64,000 nt of DNA from Polyangium jinanense (GCF_028435265.1 NZ_JAGTJK010000012.1:38900-102899), one strand, 5' to 3'. Shown: positions 19,934-29,021, numbered from the stretch's first letter. The notes: generated by a model not told the origin, from the sequence alone. Made by a program: numbers and translations.

Positions 19934-20245
19934 GGGAATGTGATGAGCGAGCGGCTGCGGCGGAGGCGGGACGAGCTTACGTGCCTAGGCGCGGCTTGAT
20001 TCAGACTTCCTGCTTTGGCTCCTTGGCTTTTTCTTTCGTGGCCGCGGCCTTGTTGGCCGGCCCATACTGGTAGTCCATCAAGGGCGCGACGGGACCGAGC
20101 ACCTCGGCGCCATTCTGCACGCGGTCTGCCCTGCGCTTGGCCTGCGCGGCATTCTCGGCGAGGATCGTGGCGATCTCGTGCCGTGTCGTCTGGCGCGTCT
20201 CGTGGAGCAGCTCCGTGAGCTTTTGCGAGGCGGGCAGGAGCTCGC
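19934..20245. repeat. copy B of the duplicated junction (contains a 66-bp relic of the kinase 3' end including its stop codon)
   Basis: See 18500..18640. Here the relic encodes NVMSERLRRRRDELTCLGAA* with no upstream kinase. Confidence 0.8.
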
Positions 20246-20478
20246 CGATTCGCTGATCCCTCGCGAAAGCAGCGGCGAGCCGCTCCTTGTCTTTCTCGTT
20301 GAGCCCTGCGCGGTCGGCGTCTTCGGGCTTCAGTCCGAGGAGATTCTTGACGGCGGCCTCGAATCCGTCGCGTAGCTTCGTGAGCTTTTGAATCTGCTCC
20401 GGCGTGATGTCCGTTACCTTGATATCGCTTGCGTCGATGATGAGGTCGCCGACCTCGGGGTACTTCGGGGTGCCCATG
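20001..20478 (-). CDS. hypothetical small protein (159 aa)
   Basis: Start MGTPKYPEVGDLIIDASDIK with a GGAGG RBS. It is the C-terminal part of a 656-codon ORF whose upstream about 1.5 kb is Pro/Arg-rich junk. Its motif LLPASQKLTELLHETRQTTR is echoed as a relic at 18571-18640. Confidence 0.45.
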
Positions 20479-20677
20479 ACCGCCTCCCTTTCTGTTCTAC
20501 GGCGCTCGGCCGTTTGGTGTAGACGAATGCACAACGCTGGCGGACGTTCAAACCTTCCAAGCCGAGGGCGGCATCCTCGGAGGCTCGGGCGAGATGCCTG
20601 GGGAGGGGAGGCGGAGCCGTCGCGAGGAGGGCCCGCGGCTCCGAGCGTGGGCGGCTCGGGGTGGTGGGGCGGCGGAT

Positions 20678-20800
20678 GGCCCTGGAGGGCATCGGGATAG
20701 CCTTGGAGGGTCGTGAGACATGCTCCAGGGCCATGGGCGAGCCGTGGAGGCCATGGGGATAGCCTCGGAGGGTCGTTGCCGACCGTTGGAGGGTATCTCG
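20678..20800. repeat. two tandem imperfect copies of a roughly 60-bp unit (…tggagggcatcgggatagccttggagggtcgtg…) in a non-coding region
   Basis: Seen in the sequence. It lies within a roughly 1-kb region with no convincing gene. Confidence 0.5.
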
Positions 20801-21498
20801 CTTTCGTGGGGACCCTGGGCGATGGGCTCCACGAATGCGGGGATGTGCTTCGGGGGTGGGTCGGTGGGCTGCGCGGGTCGGGGCCTCGGGTCGGGGATTG
20901 TTGGCCCTGTCGGGGAGGGTCTGGCAAGGAGGATTTCACATGCGCGGGGGTGACGCGCGGGCGCTGCAGGCAGCGGCAGACAGGGGATGTGTATGCAGAG
21001 GGTCGTTGTCGGGGTCTTGGTCGCGTGGGGGGTTCTGTTCGGGGTGGGGTGTGAGAGCAAGTGCCGAAACCCGAAAACACACTGATCTTGGTGGGGTCGA
21101 AGGCCCCGCCATTCAGTGTAACGTCACCATTATATGCCCGAATCAGGCAGGGCGTCCTGATTCCGTGGAGCATTTGCAGGGGAACGAGGATCCGGTCATC
21201 CGCGATCATGGCTCCTGGAATCAAGGCATGTGCAAGAAGGAAGCCATGAAAATAAGGACCTACGAGACAGAGATAAAATGCGAGTTCGAGGCCGCTCCCG
21301 CGTTGATCTGCCTCGACGGCGCTGGCACTTCGAACGGGCCCGACTACACGGGGCCGACCGGCGGGACCCTCGTCACGATCGGGGTGGGCGCTGGCACCGG
21401 GGACTATTGGTTCGACGAGGAGGAGGGGGCAGGCGGAGAAGGGGGCTTCGATGCCCACCCCGGGGAGGGAGGCCACGGCGGGACCTGAAGTCCAGCCT

Positions 21499-22137
21499 TC
21501 ACCGCGGCGAAGATGATTGTGCGCCTGGAGTGGGAGCGCGTGCAGGGATGGTGCGTTTACGAGGGATGGGCGTGACGGCGTCGAAGCGGGCCAACCAATC
21601 GGTTCGGGCGAGAGCCGGGCAGTGTTGCTCGACATCCACGGGGAAGCATTCATCGAAGGCGCGATACATCGCCTGATACGTCGCCTCCGTGGGGTCGTCC
21701 AGCAACACAAAGAACCCGGCCTTGTGTCCGCACCGGGAGCGAGCCGCATCGACGTTGCGCCAGAAGGCGGCGCCCTGCATGTCGTCACAGGGGGCGCAAA
21801 ACATGGGGTCGAGGCCCGTGCACTCGGCTTGCTTCGGGCAGATCGCGCGCACGCAACCAGCGACGCACGCGTCCACGAACTCTTCGTCCACGTACGGACA
21901 GACGTCCCATTCATGGCAGCCATCGAAGACGTACCCGAGGTCATCCTCGCAGTGCTTGTACATCGGGTCATCCTCGTCCGGGCCGCGCGCCCCCAGGATG
22001 AGCGCTGCGGCGGCGGCGATGACGAGGGCGGCGAAGGCCGCGCGGCGTGTCTTCGGGCTCGGAGCTCTCACAAGGGTGCACCTTACATCATCGGAGCCGG
22101 GATCGCGAGTCGGTTCGTTCTTCCCGGTTGTCTCCAC
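21499..22137 (-). CDS. secreted Cys-rich protein, hypothetical
   Basis: The signal peptide RRAAFAALVIAAAAALILG sits after a roughly 30-aa N-region. The true start may instead be a GTG near 22071. It has 14 Cys residues, and its C-terminal half is homologous to 22213..22521. Confidence 0.5.
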   Translation of the reverse strand: METTGKNEPTRDPGSDDVRCTLVRAPSPKTRRAAFAALVIAAAAALILGARGPDEDDPMYKHCEDDLGYVFDGCHEWDVCPYVDEEFVDACVAGCVRAICPKQAECTGLDPMFCAPCDDMQGAAFWRNVDAARSRCGHKAGFFVLLDDPTEATYQAMYRAFDECFPVDVEQHCPALARTDWLARFDAVTPIPRKRTIPARAPTPGAQSSSPR

Positions 22138-22212
22138 GCCCCGCCTGGCTCAGCGTCCCTCCACCGAACCGGGGCCGACCCCGGAGCCGGGGGCCAAGGC
22201 GGGATCTGAGGG

Positions 22213-22521
22213 TTGTCGAGGAACACATGCACGGAGCTCGACCCGATCTGGTGTGGAATTCCCTGCGAGGACACTACGGGGGCCACGTTCTGGGCCCACA
22301 TGCACGTCGTCCAAGGCCGGTGCGGCCATCTTTTCGACGATCTCGATGGCAACGGCAAGCTCGACGAGTACGAGCACTATTCCTTCCTCCTTTGCACCGG
22401 CGCCGAAAGCAAAAAGCTCTGCCCTGCGGTCCTTACGTGGCGGGACGAGCTCAACGAAGAAGAGCAAGAAGAACTCAGACGAAGGAGCATCGCTCCCGGG
22501 ACGCCCAGCTCGGCGCAGTAA
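22213..22521 (+). pseudogene. divergently oriented partial paralog of the C-terminal half of 21499..22137 (no signal peptide; possibly a gene fragment)
   Basis: CTELDPIWCGIPCEDTTGATFW...RCGH aligns with CTGLDPMFCAPCDDMQGAAFW...RCGH in the neighbouring gene. Confidence 0.35.
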
Positions 22522-22788
22522 CCTCGTCCCCCACCGCTGCCGGCGCTCACGTCCGCAGCCACCGCCCAAGACCCGTCCCCGGTTTGTCCCGATCCCTCCT
22601 CATCCACCCGCCCGGGCCGAGAACGGGTTTTTCTGGGTACGTCGACTTTTCCTCTTGCCTTTCTCCCTCTCCTCGGGCAAACCTTTTTGCGGGAGGACGG
22701 GCCCACGCTCCGCGCACCTGCGGCTCGCGAGCACCCACCCGGAAGCACCGGGAGACGGGACCGAGCAAAACCCAAAAAAACAAATTGT

Positions 22789-22824
22789 GCGGACCTCGTG
22801 GGAGTGCGGTCCTCCGTTTTTTTT
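22789..22824 (+). terminator. hairpin (ggacc-N12-ggtcc) followed by T8; an A7 tract precedes it (possibly bidirectional)
   Basis: Seen in the sequence within the 400-bp low-GC spacer downstream of 22213..22521. Confidence 0.35.
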
Positions 22825-22839
22825 AGACCATCGTACCTC

Positions 22840-22873
22840 GTTCGTCCCGGGATCCCGGGACGAACCTTTTTTG
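22840..22873 (+). terminator. perfect 26-bp palindrome gttcgtcccggga|tcccgggacgaac followed by cttttttg; Rho-independent terminator-like
   Basis: Seen directly in the sequence. Confidence 0.55.
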
Positions 22874-22918
22874 TGGATCGGGTTGCCTTGTCGGTGACAA
22901 CCCCGGTATGCTTGCGGC

Positions 22919-24124
22919 ATGCGCAAGGTAGTCGGGTTCTTGTTGGTGATCGCGGCGGGGTGGGCCGGCGCGGTTGGTGTTCTGTCCTGCGGCCTGGACA
23001 ACGACCCCGGTGGCGATTGTCCTCCGGAGGTTCCGAACCGGTGTTGCCCTTGTCCCTTTCCAGAGGCGTGCTCTGATCCGGACCGTCCGTGGATCTACAC
23101 GCCGAAACCCATCCCGTGGGACTGCCCGAACGCCTGTGATGGTCCGCCCCCGCTCCCCCCGAAGTGCTCGGATGGGGGAGCGGATGGAGGGATGTCGTCG
23201 CTTTGTCCGGGCGGCGGCGAATGTGTAGACGAATCTCCGAAAAACTGGACGCTCGTCGCGTTTTTCTCCGACTGGCGCGAGCCGCCGCCGTGCCCCGACG
23301 ACGCGCCGATTCTCGCGTTCGAAGGGATCCCCGCGCCCCCTCCTCTTCTATGTGGCGAGTGCTCGTGCGAGGAGCCCGAGGGGTCGTGCAAGCTGCCGCA
23401 GACGTGGACCGTCAGCTCCACCGGCTGTGATGATCCCGGGGGCGGTGTCAAGACAAACTTCGATCCGTCGACAAACTGGGACGGCACCTGCAACCAGGAC
23501 AAAGCGATCCCTTCCGCCACGCTTTGCGGCGGCGTGCCGTGCGTCCGGTCGATCACCATCTCGCCTCCGGTGATCGAGGAGCAGCCTTGCAAGGCACATA
23601 CAAAAGGAGATCCGGGGCAGGAGATCCCCAAGGTCTGGAACGGTGGACCCGAGACCCCCCTCGGCCGGGTGTGCACGCGCGCCGAGCCCTGGCCGGTCTG
23701 CCACGGGCAGAGCGAAAAGGTCTGCGGGCCGGCGGGGGACGACTACTCCTCTTGTATCTTCCGGGAGGGCGAGCACCTCTGTCCGGAGGGGTGGACCGGG
23801 GAGCGGCACGTCCTTTACGGCGTGGTGAAGGACGAGCGCGAGTGCTCGGCTTGCACGTGCGAAGCGCCGACCGGCGGGATGTGTGAGGTGCTGATCTCCG
23901 CCTGGAGCAGCCAAGGTTGCTCCCAGGTCGCCATCGCCCGTCCTATCTCTGCGGGGATGGTCGCTCCGTGTGACGACTTCATGCCCGGCACCCAGCTCAG
24001 TGGGAAGACGGCGGAGCTCCTCAACTACACGAAGGGCACGTGCACCCCGAGCGGGGGCCAGGTCGTCGGCGAACTGACCCTTGACAAACCCGTAACGGTA
24101 TGTTGCCGGGCGGCTACGTCCTGA
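22919..24124 (+). CDS. Cys-rich secreted lipoprotein, hypothetical
   Basis: Signal/lipobox VGVLSCG. About 40 Cys residues sit in repeated CxC / PxCxxxC patterns. The protein is 401 aa. Confidence 0.6.
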   Translation: MRKVVGFLLVIAAGWAGAVGVLSCGLDNDPGGDCPPEVPNRCCPCPFPEACSDPDRPWIYTPKPIPWDCPNACDGPPPLPPKCSDGGADGGMSSLCPGGGECVDESPKNWTLVAFFSDWREPPPCPDDAPILAFEGIPAPPPLLCGECSCEEPEGSCKLPQTWTVSSTGCDDPGGGVKTNFDPSTNWDGTCNQDKAIPSATLCGGVPCVRSITISPPVIEEQPCKAHTKGDPGQEIPKVWNGGPETPLGRVCTRAEPWPVCHGQSEKVCGPAGDDYSSCIFREGEHLCPEGWTGERHVLYGVVKDERECSACTCEAPTGGMCEVLISAWSSQGCSQVAIARPISAGMVAPCDDFMPGTQLSGKTAELLNYTKGTCTPSGGQVVGELTLDKPVTVCCRAATS

Positions 24125-24128
24125 CTCG

Positions 24129-25409
24129 CTAGAACGTGAACGCGAGCGATGTGGTCACGCTCATCGCCAGCGGGAAGGGATCCGAGAAGCGTACGCCGTT
24201 CACCGTAAGCTGTCGGGCGAGGACGAACCCGAGCGCGTCCACGTCCGATCGCCACGTCACTCGCTCCCACACGGGGATTTCGGCCGCGACGCGCCCACCC
24301 AGCCCAAGCAAGGGGGACGCGTAAGGATTCCCGTACAGCCGGTTCGTCCCACTCCCAAGCAGCACGCCCCCCGCCAAGAGGCCACACGTCATGAACCGCC
24401 CGAACCGGTAACACCCCGCCACCGTCCCCAGGTATGTCTCCACGTCCACCGACGTGGGCCCGTCCTGCGGGTTCGCCGTCATCCACGGCCACGCCGCGAC
24501 GTCCAGCCCGACGACCCACCGGGGCGCCACGTTCCACCCCGCCGACACCCGCGGCGCGAGGAACGGCTCGGGCGCCACGTTCAGGAAGGCCCCAACCCCC
24601 GCACCCAGAAAAAACCGCTTCGGAAGCGGAGGCGGCCTCGGCAGCGGAGGCGGAGACGGCCGCGGTTGTGGCTGCGGAGGCGCTGGCGGACACGGAGGCG
24701 CCGGCGGCTGCGGAGGCGGCGGCGGTTCCGGCGGCTCGAACGCGCCGAGCAGCTTCGCCGCCTCGAACGCCGTCGCGTAGAGCACCTCGAAGCACTCCGT
24801 CGCCGGCTCGTAGCTCCGATGCACCTCCTCCGCGACGTCCCCAGCCTCGTCCACGATCGTCACGTCGGCGAGCTTGGCCGCGTCGGGCGCGCGCCGGATG
24901 CGCACGGTGAGCGTCCGCGCGGCCGGCGGGTCGAACGTGGACACGGACACCCAGTTCGTGAGGATCGCCATGAAGACGAGCGGCCTGTCGCAGAGGGGCA
25001 GCGCGCGATCCACCCTGAAGTCCAGGCGATGCCGCGGGACGTCCGCATGCGCCCGCGCCTCCGGGAAGAGCGCCCCGAAGGCGAAGCAGGCCGCGGCGAG
25101 GCCGCGCCGTGGCCACCCGCGCCTGGCCCCGGGACCGGCCCCGCCCGGGACGATCGTCGAGGCGCGTGTCGATTTTTCTGAACAACAGGGCCGCTCGCGA
25201 CCTTTACATGCATGAGGTCTGCTTTTGCGCGCGAGGACAAACCGATGGCCGGACCGGACGAGGACACGGAACCACCCAAGAGCGGCGAGCCCATGGCTCG
25301 GGCGTTCGAGCTCACCGTCCCCGCCTATCGGGAGCTCGTCGAGCGAATGGTGGCGCACGTGCATCGGATCGGGCTTGGAGCGCATGTGCATGGGATCGAC
25401 GTCGTGCAT
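24129..25409 (-). CDS. putative outer-membrane protein: N-terminal domain, poly-Pro linker, C-terminal beta-barrel-like domain ending in F
   Basis: Its C-terminus is …SLAFTF*, it has amphipathic beta-strand periodicity, and it carries a PPEPPPPPQPPAPP linker. The start is uncertain: the signal-like segment RRGLAAACFAFGALFPEARAHA lies about 100 codons in, with no ATG or GTG just upstream, and the listed start overlaps the sigma gene on the other strand. Confidence 0.45.
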   Translation of the reverse strand: MHDVDPMHMRSKPDPMHVRHHSLDELPIGGDGELERPSHGLAALGWFRVLVRSGHRFVLARKSRPHACKGRERPCCSEKSTRASTIVPGGAGPGARRGWPRRGLAAACFAFGALFPEARAHADVPRHRLDFRVDRALPLCDRPLVFMAILTNWVSVSTFDPPAARTLTVRIRRAPDAAKLADVTIVDEAGDVAEEVHRSYEPATECFEVLYATAFEAAKLLGAFEPPEPPPPPQPPAPPCPPAPPQPQPRPSPPPLPRPPPLPKRFFLGAGVGAFLNVAPEPFLAPRVSAGWNVAPRWVVGLDVAAWPWMTANPQDGPTSVDVETYLGTVAGCYRFGRFMTCGLLAGGVLLGSGTNRLYGNPYASPLLGLGGRVAAEIPVWERVTWRSDVDALGFVLARQLTVNGVRFSDPFPLAMSVTTSLAFTF

Positions 25410-26243
25410 GATGCATTCGTGACCGCATTAGGCAAGCCCATTGAGGAACAACCGAGCACACACGAATGGGAAGAGTTCGTCGCGTGGATGTGCAAGCTCG
25501 CTCAATATGCGGCCCTGTCAAACCTCAAGCCCAAGCGCCGGCGGACATACGTTTCTCTCGCGCCGCTCGGCGACCTCGACGAGCGGATCGCCGGAACGCG
25601 GGATGACGAGCACGACGCCGCGGTGCGAATGGCCTATCACGCGCTACCGGCCGAGATGCGCGATATCGTCGGCGCACACGCGGTCGAAGGAAAAACCATA
25701 CGCGAGATCGCCGCCGAGACGAAGCTGGCCCCGACCACCGTCTTCCACCGCTATTCTCGTGGCATCGGTCTCCTCCACACGAGGCTCGAATTCGTCGAAG
25801 AGGCGCCATCGCGTGCTATCGGGCGGAGCGCCATCGCCCTGCCGTTCCTGCTTCTTGTCCTGGCCGCGCGCGTGGCACGCGCGGCTATCTCCTCCGCATT
25901 TGGGCAGCTCCGCACGTCCCTCGCGCGGTCCCCGATGCGCGTCATGGGCAGCGTCGCCGTGGGCGCGGCGATCGGCATGTGGCCGTCCGGGGGGACACCG
26001 CAGGCCATGCCGGGCACGATCACGGCAAGTCAAGCCACCCGCGCCGACGTCGTCCGCCGGGACGAGCCGCGAAGCATTGCCACGATCCAGGGCAGCGACG
26101 CACGCACGGAGGACGCCACACGGCATGGAAGCCCAAGGCGTCTTCCGCTGGCGCCGCCCCAGCGTGACCATGCAAAGCCCTTCGATTGGATGGCTGCGAA
26201 TGCCACGAGACGCGGCGAGGCGAGCGTTACGGGCGCGAAGTAG
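25212..26243 (+). CDS. ECF-type sigma-70 family protein with a C-terminal transmembrane/anti-sigma-like extension
   Basis: A region-4-like HTH (IVGAHAVEGKTIREIAAETKLAPTTVFHRYSRGIGLL) is followed by a hydrophobic helix (AIALPFLLLVLAARVA) and a C-terminal domain. Start candidates are 25212, 25245 and 25293. Confidence 0.5.
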   Translation: MRSAFAREDKPMAGPDEDTEPPKSGEPMARAFELTVPAYRELVERMVAHVHRIGLGAHVHGIDVVHDAFVTALGKPIEEQPSTHEWEEFVAWMCKLAQYAALSNLKPKRRRTYVSLAPLGDLDERIAGTRDDEHDAAVRMAYHALPAEMRDIVGAHAVEGKTIREIAAETKLAPTTVFHRYSRGIGLLHTRLEFVEEAPSRAIGRSAIALPFLLLVLAARVARAAISSAFGQLRTSLARSPMRVMGSVAVGAAIGMWPSGGTPQAMPGTITASQATRADVVRRDEPRSIATIQGSDARTEDATRHGSPRRLPLAPPQRDHAKPFDWMAANATRRGEASVTGAK

Positions 26244-26249
26244 CTTCGC

Positions 26250-26834
26250 TCAACGCCGCGCGATGACGCCACCAAGCACAATCGCATGCATAGCCGCATG
26301 CAATCGCCCCACCTCGTCCCGTTCTTCCATGAAGATCCACGGCGGCGCGAAGCTCTTGTAAGCCCGGAGCAAGACCCGCGCCGCGAGATCCGAATCGGCC
26401 ACGTCGAGCTCGCCGGCCTCGGTCCCTCGCCGAAGCAAGTCCGCGAGCAGGGCCCGTTCTTCCTGGTAAAACCGCTCGGACGCGCTCTTCACGGCGGGGC
26501 TCCCGCAATGGAACAAGTCACACGCGTGCGCGCCGCCGTCCGCCTGCGTGAAATACGCTCGCAGCCGCGCGTCGAGCGCGCCCACGAGACGCTCGCCGAA
26601 CGAGCGCCCGTCCGCCACCGCCGCCGCCCGCATCGCGTCGAGCACGACGTCGTACCGCGAGCGCGACAGCTCCTCGACGATCGCCTCCTTCGACGAGAAT
26701 TCGAGGTACACCGTACCCACGCCGACGCCTGCTTCCCGCGCCACGTCCGCCACCGTGGTTTTTTGCGGCCCGTAATGCCGGAGCAAGCGATCGGCGGCCT
26801 GGAGAATCTGCTCGCGGCGCGCGGTGTCGTTCAT
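26250..26834 (-). CDS. TetR/AcrR family transcriptional regulator
   Basis: N-terminal HTH REQILQAADRLLRHYGPQKTTVADVAREAGVGVGTVYLEF. I chose the start MNDTARR. Confidence 0.8.
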   Translation of the reverse strand: MNDTARREQILQAADRLLRHYGPQKTTVADVAREAGVGVGTVYLEFSSKEAIVEELSRSRYDVVLDAMRAAAVADGRSFGERLVGALDARLRAYFTQADGGAHACDLFHCGSPAVKSASERFYQEERALLADLLRRGTEAGELDVADSDLAARVLLRAYKSFAPPWIFMEERDEVGRLHAAMHAIVLGGVIARR

Positions 26835-26927
26835 GAACCTTCCCTCGAACCGTGAACGAGTTTGCCACAGGTTCACGTCGAAGGGATCCCCCCATCGTCA
26901 CGGCCCTGCTCGGGCCGTGCGTCCGGG

Positions 26928-27320
26928 TCACTCCGTGGGCGCGGTGCGCGGGGCCATCGGGCCGGGGGAGGTGCGGGGCGTGGCGCGCAGATCCGCGGGG
27001 GCCGCGCCGCCCTTCGTCGCGCCGGTCGGGGCCGTCGCCGCGGGCGGCTGGGCCGCGGCCGTGGTCGTGCCCGTGGGCTTCGGGGCCGCCGAGGAGGCAG
27101 GATCGGGGGGCAGGTCGGCGGCGGACATGGCGGGCACGGGCAGCGGGCCGAGGTCGACCTTGGGCGGGCTCGCGGGGACGACGTCCATCGGCTTCGGGGC
27201 CGTGAGCGGCTCGGCCGAGGCGGCGGGGGAGGGCGAAGGCGCGCTCTCTTCGCAGCCGAGGGCGAAGGGCGCGAGCCCGAGGGCGAGCGCGGCGACAGCG
27301 AGCGACGTCTGCGTGTGGGT
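26928..27320 (-). CDS. Pro/Ala-rich lipoprotein, hypothetical
   Basis: Start MTHTQTSLAVAALALGLAPFALGC (lipobox). The mature part is low complexity. Confidence 0.45.
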   Translation of the reverse strand, partial: THTQTSLAVAALALGLAPFALGCEESAPSPSPAASAEPLTAPKPMDVVPASPPKVDLGPLPVPAMSAADLPPDPASSAAPKPTGTTTAAAQPPAATAPTGATKGGAAPADLRATPRTSPGPMAPRTAPTE

Positions 27321-27398
27321 CATGCGTTCCGGCTTAACAGAACGGCGGCGCGGCGTCACCGGCGCGCGGTTTGCAGCCCCGGACGGCGGGGGAGAGCC

Positions 27399-28022
27399 AT
27401 GGTGCGTGGGGCGCTTTGCGGGGGATTGCTCCTGCTCGGCGGGTGCGTGGTCGTCATGCGGGACAATGCGCCGCCCGCGAACCTGCCCCTCGTCCGCCAG
27501 ATCCAGCAGGAAGCGCTGCGGGTGTCCCCGCCGCCCGACATGTACGTCGCCCCCGAGCGCTTGGCCGAGCGCAGCTCGGACTTCAGCATCAACCTGCGGC
27601 GCACGCTGCTCGGTCCGATGCCGCCGAGCGACGCGGACATGGCGCTTTTGCTACGGCTCTTCGCGCTCACCTTGGAGGAAGTGCCCGAAGGCGAGCGGGT
27701 GGGTACGAGCGTTGCGGCCGCGGAGATGCAGGAGGCGGCCGCGGCGATGCGGGGCCCGGGGCTTTCGGGCTCGCCGCCTTTGCGCGCGGCCTTCGTGCGT
27801 GGGTTCTCCGTCGGCGTGGAGACGCTGCTCGCGCTCGCGGAGGGCCCGTACGGCGGCGCGACGAACGACCTCGTCGATCGCACGACCGAGCTCGAATCGA
27901 GTTATGCGGTGGCGATGGGAGAGCCGCAGCCGATGCGGTACGAGGTGGCGCTCGAGGTCATGCGGCGGGCGCAGCTCGTGCTGAAGGAGATCGAGGAGAT
28001 CGTGAGCATGCCGGCGCCCTGA
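27399..28022 (+). CDS. lipoprotein, hypothetical
   Basis: Start MVRGALCGGLLLLGGC with a GGGGAGAG RBS. The body is a 190-aa helical domain. It is embedded in a longer spurious ORF that begins at 26862. Confidence 0.55.
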   Translation: MVRGALCGGLLLLGGCVVVMRDNAPPANLPLVRQIQQEALRVSPPPDMYVAPERLAERSSDFSINLRRTLLGPMPPSDADMALLLRLFALTLEEVPEGERVGTSVAAAEMQEAAAAMRGPGLSGSPPLRAAFVRGFSVGVETLLALAEGPYGGATNDLVDRTTELESSYAVAMGEPQPMRYEVALEVMRRAQLVLKEIEEIVSMPAP

Positions 28023-28034
28023 AAGGCCGCTTTC

Positions 28035-28469
28035 TCAGCGGGGATGGGCCGCCGCGTGTGTGGCCTCGAAGGCGCGCCGCTGGGCGTGGAGCCACGGGAG
28101 CGCGGTCGCTTGGTCGTCGAAGAATGCATAAGGAAACGATAACTTCGGCGAGAGCACCTTCGTCGCGCGCATGACCATTTCGGCGACCACGCGCAGGGCG
28201 AAATGGGCGCTCACGAAGGCGAGGGCGTCGTACGCCGGCACGACGCGGGGCCCCAGGATCCGCACGCGCCGGGGCACCGTCGTCACGCTCGACACGTCCG
28301 CCAGCGTGAAAAGCCGTCCCTCCCGTTCCTTCACCGTCCGAAGCACATCGGTGATGGCAATGACGTCGTCGATGGCGATATCCGGCTTGAACTCGACGAC
28401 GACCATGTCGGGCGTCACGAATCTGACGCAATGGTCACCGAATCGGAGGACCGTGGGTAGGGAGGACAT
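28035..28469 (-). CDS. STAS-like small protein, paralog 3 of 3
   Basis: About 145 aa. Shares the motifs …V.F.PD…LMDIT/LADVS….VP..VR…ALAFV.A.F..RVV.EM…FFD..EAL.WL with 28505..28945 and 29022..29471. The C-terminal FFD-x4-ALxWL resembles the SpoIIAA/STAS fold end. Confidence 0.55.
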   Translation of the reverse strand: MSSLPTVLRFGDHCVRFVTPDMVVVEFKPDIAIDDVIAITDVLRTVKEREGRLFTLADVSSVTTVPRRVRILGPRVVPAYDALAFVSAHFALRVVAEMVMRATKVLSPKLSFPYAFFDDQATALPWLHAQRRAFEATHAAAHPR

Positions 28470-28504
28470 GGAAAGCTACTTGTATCGCGCCGAGCCTCGA
28501 TCCT

Positions 28505-28945
28505 TCAAGCGGCGTGGTTTGAGGATGCGACGCGCGGCTGTGAATGAAGCCAGGCGAGCGCTTCCTCCTTGTGATCGAAGAATGCGAAGGGGTAACGCGG
28601 CCGCTCGGGTTTCAGGATCCGGATGGCGGCGATGATCATCTCGAGGACGACCCGCACGCCGAACGGCGCGCCGACGAAGGCCAGGGCCGCGTGCTTGGAG
28701 GCGTCTTTGCGGGCGCGGACCGCCTCCCGGAGGTCGCGCGGAACGCTCTTCAAGGGCGTGATATCCATCAGCACCTTGCACGGACCTCGCTCGGCCGTCG
28801 TCCGGTATACATGATCGAGGACGCGGTTGCAGTCGTCCACCTCGAGCGGAACCGCGAACTCCAGGACGAGCAGGTCGGGCGGCACGAACGTCACGACGTG
28901 CGGGCCGAAGCGGATGCGTTCCGTCGAATCGTTTTTCATGGGCAA
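28505..28945 (-). CDS. STAS-like small protein, paralog 2 of 3
   Basis: Same family as 28035..28469. Intergenic gaps within the trio are 35 and 76 bp, consistent with an operon. Confidence 0.55.
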   Translation of the reverse strand: MPMKNDSTERIRFGPHVVTFVPPDLLVLEFAVPLEVDDCNRVLDHVYRTTAERGPCKVLMDITPLKSVPRDLREAVRARKDASKHAALAFVGAPFGVRVVLEMIIAAIRILKPERPRYPFAFFDHKEEALAWLHSQPRVASSNHAA

Positions 28946-29021
28946 GAGGAGCGACCGGCGCCGAGGATCGATAGGTTACCACGAGGCCTACACGAGCGGC
29001 GCGCCTCCCGCACGGTTTGCG

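Noticed and set aside
19732-20073. 113-aa plus-strand ORF between the lipoprotein gene and gene 20001..20478
   Set aside because: It spans the promoter region of the lipoprotein gene and the duplicated kinase 3'-end relic in a different frame. It has no RBS and no motifs.
20479-21971. N-terminal roughly 500 codons of the 656-aa minus ORF 20001..21971
   Set aside because: The Pro/Arg/Ser-rich low-complexity sequence crosses a lower-GC region. A good RBS plus ATG at 20478 gives a compact 159-aa protein, so I annotated only that.
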